64,000 nt of DNA. Origin: Candidatus Latescibacterota bacterium. Lineage in GTDB: Bacteria; Latescibacterota; UBA2968; UBA8231. The stretch lies in contig OZ241362.1 in the NCBI GenBank assembly GCA_965200315.1, positions 1,280,001-1,344,000 of the forward strand, read 5' to 3'. Below the pieces are notes generated by a model, which saw only the letters and a list, made by a program, of their open reading frames with translations, made no database searches and was not told where the DNA came from. The position numbers and the translations under genes were made by a program. Shown in pieces: positions 59,715 to 64,000 of the stretch (position 1 is its first letter; every line of letters begins with the position of its first letter).

Positions 59715-61598
59715 ATGGCAAAAATCGACATCACTAAGACAGAACTAGTGTGGCCCGGCAAGTACGACGAGGACGGGACACTCAGGGAGGTTCCGCGAGT
59801 TAATTTGCCTTTTCAAGTGATTGAGACGGTCAATGAAAGCCGCGCCACGCACGAAGTGCAAAAAACCAAAGGATTGTCGCTGTTCGATATTTACGAAGGC
59901 AATGAAGGCGACACCTTTGAGGACGGATGGAAGAACAAGCTTATCTGGGGCGACAACCTGTTAGTGATGGGTTCGTTGCTGGAAAAATTTGCTGGGAAGA
60001 TTGACCTGATCTACATCGACCCGCCGTTTGCGACGGGGGCGGATTTTTCATTCATGGCGCAGATTGGAGAGTCGGATAAAAAAATTACAAAGGAGCAATC
60101 CATAATTGAAGAAAAGGCGTATAGAGATACATGGGGAAAAGGTACCGATTCTTTCGTTTCCATGATCTATGAACGATTGGTTTTGATGCGGAATATGCTA
60201 TCTAAAGATGGAAGTATTTATATACATTGTGACTGGCATAAAAGTCACCACTTGCGGCTTATATTAGATGAGATTTTCGGAATAGATAATTTTCTGAACG
60301 AGATAATATGGTATTACACCAATAAAATCCCTGATAAAAGAAAAAGGAAATTTACAAACTCTTCAGATACAATTTTTTCTTATAAAAAAACAGAAGAAAA
60401 CATTTTTACTCATCAATATGAAAAAAGAGATAAACCGATCAAGGTTTCAAAAATGAAAAAGATTGATGGAAAAAAAGTTTACTTAAAAGATGAGAGTGGC
60501 AAAGGATTGTACGATGAACGTACAGAAAGAACCGTTGATAATGTGTGGAATATTCCGCTATTACATGCTCAGCCTGAGATCTTGAATTACCCCACCCAAA
60601 AACCCGAAAAACTACTCGAACGCATCGTCAAAGCCTCTTCCAACGAAAGTAGTCTTGTCGCCGATTTCTTTTGCGGCTCTGGTACCACTCTCGCAGTCGC
60701 CGAAAAACTCGGCCGCCGCTGGATCGGCTGTGATTTAGGCCGCTGGGGCATCCACGTCACCCGCAAGCGCATGCTCGGTATTGAAAACTGTAAGCCATTC
60801 GAGATTCTCAACCTCGGGAAGTACGAACGCCAGTACTGGCAAGGGGTAACGTTTGGCGACGCAAAAAACCAGTCATCGACCGAGCAAGCACTCTACGAAT
60901 ACTTCGCCTTCATTCTCAAGCTATACGGCGCACAGCCACTATCGGGCCTAGCGCATCTGCACGGCAAAAAAGGCCGCGCCATGGTTCACATCGGCGCAGT
61001 AGATGCGCCTGTGACCTTCGACGAAATCGACGACGCTGTAGAAGAATGCGCCAAGCTCAAGCAGAATCAACTGCACATCCTTGGTTGGGAGTGGGAAATG
61101 GGCCTTCAGAATCTCGTGGTTCCAGTAGCGCAGAATAAGGGAGTCAAACTTTCGCTATTACAAATCCCCCGCGAGGTTATGGAAGAGCAGGCAACGGATA
61201 AAGGCGATATCCGTTTCTTTGAGCTAGCCTATCTAAAGGCGACGGTCAAAAAACCAAAGAAACTCACCGTGCAAGTGCAGCTTCAAAATTTCGTCATTCC
61301 CAACTCAGAACTCATCCCGGACGAAGTGCGAGACAAGGTCGCGAAATGGTCGGACTACATCGACTACTGGGCGGTGGATTGGGACTTCCAGAACGACACC
61401 TTCATGCAGGGATGGGTTGCCTATCGAACCCGCAAGGATCGGACGCTCTCGCTCACTTCCGATTCCCACACTTACGAGCAGCCCGGTAAGTACCGAGTGC
61501 TGGTCAAAGTAATCGACATCTTCGGTAACGACACTTCGCAAGCTCTTGATGTTGAGGTGAATCAGTCTGAAGATGCAATTCACAACCACAGACACTGA
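59715..61598 (+). CDS. Site-specific adenine DNA methyltransferase, type III Mod-like (beta class)
   Basis: NKLIWGDNL, IYIDPPF, YPTQKPEKLLERI, DFFCGSGTT; followed by a Res-like remnant. Confidence 0.9.
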   Translation: MAKIDITKTELVWPGKYDEDGTLREVPRVNLPFQVIETVNESRATHEVQKTKGLSLFDIYEGNEGDTFEDGWKNKLIWGDNLLVMGSLLEKFAGKIDLIYIDPPFATGADFSFMAQIGESDKKITKEQSIIEEKAYRDTWGKGTDSFVSMIYERLVLMRNMLSKDGSIYIHCDWHKSHHLRLILDEIFGIDNFLNEIIWYYTNKIPDKRKRKFTNSSDTIFSYKKTEENIFTHQYEKRDKPIKVSKMKKIDGKKVYLKDESGKGLYDERTERTVDNVWNIPLLHAQPEILNYPTQKPEKLLERIVKASSNESSLVADFFCGSGTTLAVAEKLGRRWIGCDLGRWGIHVTRKRMLGIENCKPFEILNLGKYERQYWQGVTFGDAKNQSSTEQALYEYFAFILKLYGAQPLSGLAHLHGKKGRAMVHIGAVDAPVTFDEIDDAVEECAKLKQNQLHILGWEWEMGLQNLVVPVAQNKGVKLSLLQIPREVMEEQATDKGDIRFFELAYLKATVKKPKKLTVQVQLQNFVIPNSELIPDEVRDKVAKWSDYIDYWAVDWDFQNDTFMQGWVAYRTRKDRTLSLTSDSHTYEQPGKYRVLVKVIDIFGNDTSQALDVEVNQSEDAIHNHRH

Positions 61599-62340
61599 GG
61601 TCATTGCTGTGGAGCCGCGGCCCGCGCAAGAACTGCTGGCGAGCATTGCCAACAAGGCCGCTAATCATGCCAAGCTAACCAACTGCTTTGCAGAGATATA
61701 CCCGATTGTACAGGACTACGTCATAAACCGCTGTTTCGGGCGAAAAATCGAACTGGTCGATAAAAACGTCCGCTCTCGTCTCGAGCAACCAAATTTGCAG
61801 GAGGGCATTGCCAAATACATGGCCCGTGAGATCGCTGCACTTATCATTGAGCGGCGCACTGTCGAGTTTGAGCAAGAGAATGCTCGTCTATCTCTGACAA
61901 ACCCCTTTAGCTGGCGGCGCAACTTGCCACCATTGGAGGCGAAGAAGACCATCTTCAACTTTGTGGCCACCTACAACGACTTTGAGCGCAGCTTTGCCGA
62001 ATTCCTCGACAAAGCCCAAGACATCCTTCGCTTTGCGGCACTTGGAACGACAGAACAGGGCGCATCTGGAACCGTGTTCCGCATCGACTATCTAAAGCCT
62101 AGCGGGGCCATCGGCTTCTATTGGCATTTTGACGCCTGTCTGATTCAGCTTGCAGACGAGTTTTCATTGTCCGAGGACACCGAACGCGACGAAGTGGCGG
62201 TACTGGACCTTGCACAACGCCACAACCTGACGATATATGACGCCAGCTATTTGGAAACAGCTATCCGCCGCAAGGCCAAGCTGGCGACCTTCGACCAAAA
62301 ACTCGCCGCTGGGGAAAACATCGGTAACCCGGCGGCGTGA
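61573..62340 (+). pseudogene. Chimeric relic: type III Res C-terminal fragment fused in frame to a VapC/PIN C-terminus
   Basis: NDFERSFAEFLD...FRIDYLKPSGAIGFY, cut before the expected PD catalytic motif, then LDLAQRHNLTIYDASYLETAIRRKAKLATFDQKL. Confidence 0.7.
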
Positions 62341-62385
62341 TTGGATTTCGCAACGTAAAAGTGGGATGGCACCTCTCCCGCTGGG

Positions 62386-64000
62386 TCAGCTAACCCCCAC
62401 CTCCGTCCCCTGTGCCAACTTCTCGCCCTCGAGCAAGTACTCCTCCCGCACCTCGGGCGCAATCGTCCGCCAGACCAAAAACCGCTTGCGCAGCACGTTG
62501 AGGAAGCTGGTGTTGAGCCGCTGCCAGCTCACCACATCGCCGCTTATGCGCTGCAAGTGCATCTCGATGCGGTAAATGCCTGGGATGTCGTCGGTCGGCA
62601 AAGTGCGCAGGAAAACTCGCTGGCTCACTCCCAAGTCGTAGGGCGCGAGCCACACCATCAGTTCCAGCAAATAGACCGGCTGCGCACCGCCCTTCTCCAA
62701 GTGGAAATCCACGCCCTCGGTCATAAAGTCGCCCACCGATCCCTCGCCATACGACGAGAAGACCCGGTGCAGGTACGCGCACGAGCCTAAAGCATCGCCC
62801 TTGCCCAGCGTAAAGGGAAAGTCAAAACGCCAATCGTCGCCATCGGGCGGGGGGAACTCCCAGCGCCGCGTCACGTCGGGCACGGCCATGGCCGCGGCCT
62901 TGCGCGCCGGATACAGGGTCGAGAGCACCACCACCACCATCACCACCAAGGTCGAGAAAATCGCCGACAGCGACGAGTAGTTGAGGAACATCCCGCCCAA
63001 CAGCGCGTAGTGCGCCAAAAGCAGCGTCGTCGTCTGCCCTACCAAATAGCCCAGCACCGCGCCGACGATGGCAAACACGAGGGCCTCGGCGATGAAGAGC
63101 GCGGCAATGTGGCTCGGTGCCAGCCCCACCGACGAATACACCCCGATCTCGCCGGAGCGCTCGTACACGGCCCCGAGCATGGTGTTGAGCACAATAAGTG
63201 AGGCGATCAACAAGGGCACGAAGAGATTGCCAATCCCGGCCAAGGAAGCCGATCCCATAGACGTGTACACCCGCACGCGGTCGCCGGCCCCGACAAAGAG
63301 CGGCACGGCCACCCGCGACACGAACTCCTCCACCTCGGCTAGCAAGGTCTCCCGGTCGGCGAATCCAGCGATGGCAACCGAGCGCAGCGTACCGCCCAAA
63401 TCGACGACCTGCTGGTAGGGCAAGAACGCCACGTTGTTGGCCATCAGATGGGTAAAGGTCTCAATCGCGGCCGTGTCCATCAGGCGCGGGTCCAAGTCGG
63501 CCATTTGCTCCATCTTCTTGGCCTCGGCGACCGTGTCCACCGGCATCGGACTCTCGTTGTCCAAGTCGCGCAGTCCGTCGATTACCTCGCCGTCGATTAG
63601 GCCAATGACCCGATAGGAACGCCCCATCAGCCATATCCGGGCCGCGCCCACATCCGCCGGGCCAATGCCCAAAATCTCCGCCATGGCCGCCGGCAGGATG
63701 CACACATCGCGCTCGCCGTCCGCAAACCAGCGGCTCTCCGGCCCCACCAACAGCTCTTCTAATCCCATCAGCGCACCCTCGCCCGCGGTCACCCCGAGGA
63801 GGGCTGAGGCAAAGCTCTTCTTCTGCGCCGGCTTGTGCTCAATGTCGATATAGGCCCGCTCGCCAATGACCTTGGACGTAATCCACGATCTCGGCAGTAC
63901 CTGCGCTTGGTCGCCAAACGCGCTTTTTGCATAGTCGAGCACGGATAGCTGCAAGCCCTTCCAGCCGCGATCGCGCAGCAGCGCACCCTCGTAGCTGGGC
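62386..64000 (-). CDS. FtsX/MacB-type permease, paralog of the central part of 16121-22393; 5' end off window
   Basis: YEGALLRDRGW, VYERSGEIGVYSSVGLAP, LNYSSLSA, AVPDVTRRW, WLAPYDLGVSQ; stops without a DUF6785-like domain. Confidence 0.85.
   Translation of the reverse strand, partial: PSYEGALLRDRGWKGLQLSVLDYAKSAFGDQAQVLPRSWITSKVIGERAYIDIEHKPAQKKSFASALLGVTAGEGALMGLEELLVGPESRWFADGERDVCILPAAMAEILGIGPADVGAARIWLMGRSYRVIGLIDGEVIDGLRDLDNESPMPVDTVAEAKKMEQMADLDPRLMDTAAIETFTHLMANNVAFLPYQQVVDLGGTLRSVAIAGFADRETLLAEVEEFVSRVAVPLFVGAGDRVRVYTSMGSASLAGIGNLFVPLLIASLIVLNTMLGAVYERSGEIGVYSSVGLAPSHIAALFIAEALVFAIVGAVLGYLVGQTTTLLLAHYALLGGMFLNYSSLSAIFSTLVVMVVVVLSTLYPARKAAAMAVPDVTRRWEFPPPDGDDWRFDFPFTLGKGDALGSCAYLHRVFSSYGEGSVGDFMTEGVDFHLEKGGAQPVYLLELMVWLAPYDLGVSQRVFLRTLPTDDIPGIYRIEMHLQRISGDVVSWQRLNTSFLNVLRKRFLVWRTIAPEVREEYLLEGEKLAQGTEVGVS

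Noticed and set aside
60075-60480. Phase variation of the MTase via A7 tracts
   Set aside because: Tracts are short and expected in AT-rich Lys-coding sequence; frame is intact
1-64000. CRISPR array, rRNA, tRNA
   Set aside because: No regularly spaced repeat-spacer units or recognisable structural RNA genes were seen by eye; the repeats found are coding FG-GAP/TPR units or isolated hairpins

Overview
A GC-rich bacterial window, probably from a diderm FCB-group lineage such as Latescibacterota or Gemmatimonadota. That assignment is inferred only from gene content: FlgD/T9SS-CTD-like proteins, CRTAC1/ASPIC proteins, four PhyH dioxygenases and CehA/McbA-like hydrolases. Layout: (1) 1-15.7 kb, a cell-envelope locus with two tandem paralogous outer-membrane-like proteins (one 927 aa, one running off the left edge), two CTD-tagged secreted proteins, a PpiC lipoprotein, a TPR lipoprotein and two CRTAC1-like proteins. 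(2) 16.1-22.4 kb, a ~2090-aa fusion of a degenerate M28/nicastrin-like domain, an FtsX/MacB-type permease and a multi-TM DUF6785-like transporter; an unfused paralog lies at the right edge. (3) 22.7-43.8 kb, catabolic genes (CreD-like, PhyH x4, CehA/McbA x2, enolase-superfamily, amidase, epimerases, sugar ABC, mutarotase) plus hicAB. (4) 44-52 kb, a cobalamin-riboswitch-controlled B12 uptake operon with a CTD-tagged beta-propeller. (5) 52-58.5 kb, debranching enzyme, acs, SDR and manA. (6) 58.7-62.3 kb, a decayed defence island around an intact Mod-like methyltransferase. Many intergenic gaps hold internally deleted relics of toxin-antitoxin, nuclease, R-M and sulfatase genes. No rRNA, tRNA or CRISPR array was seen. 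All family assignments come from motif recognition by eye, not database searches.
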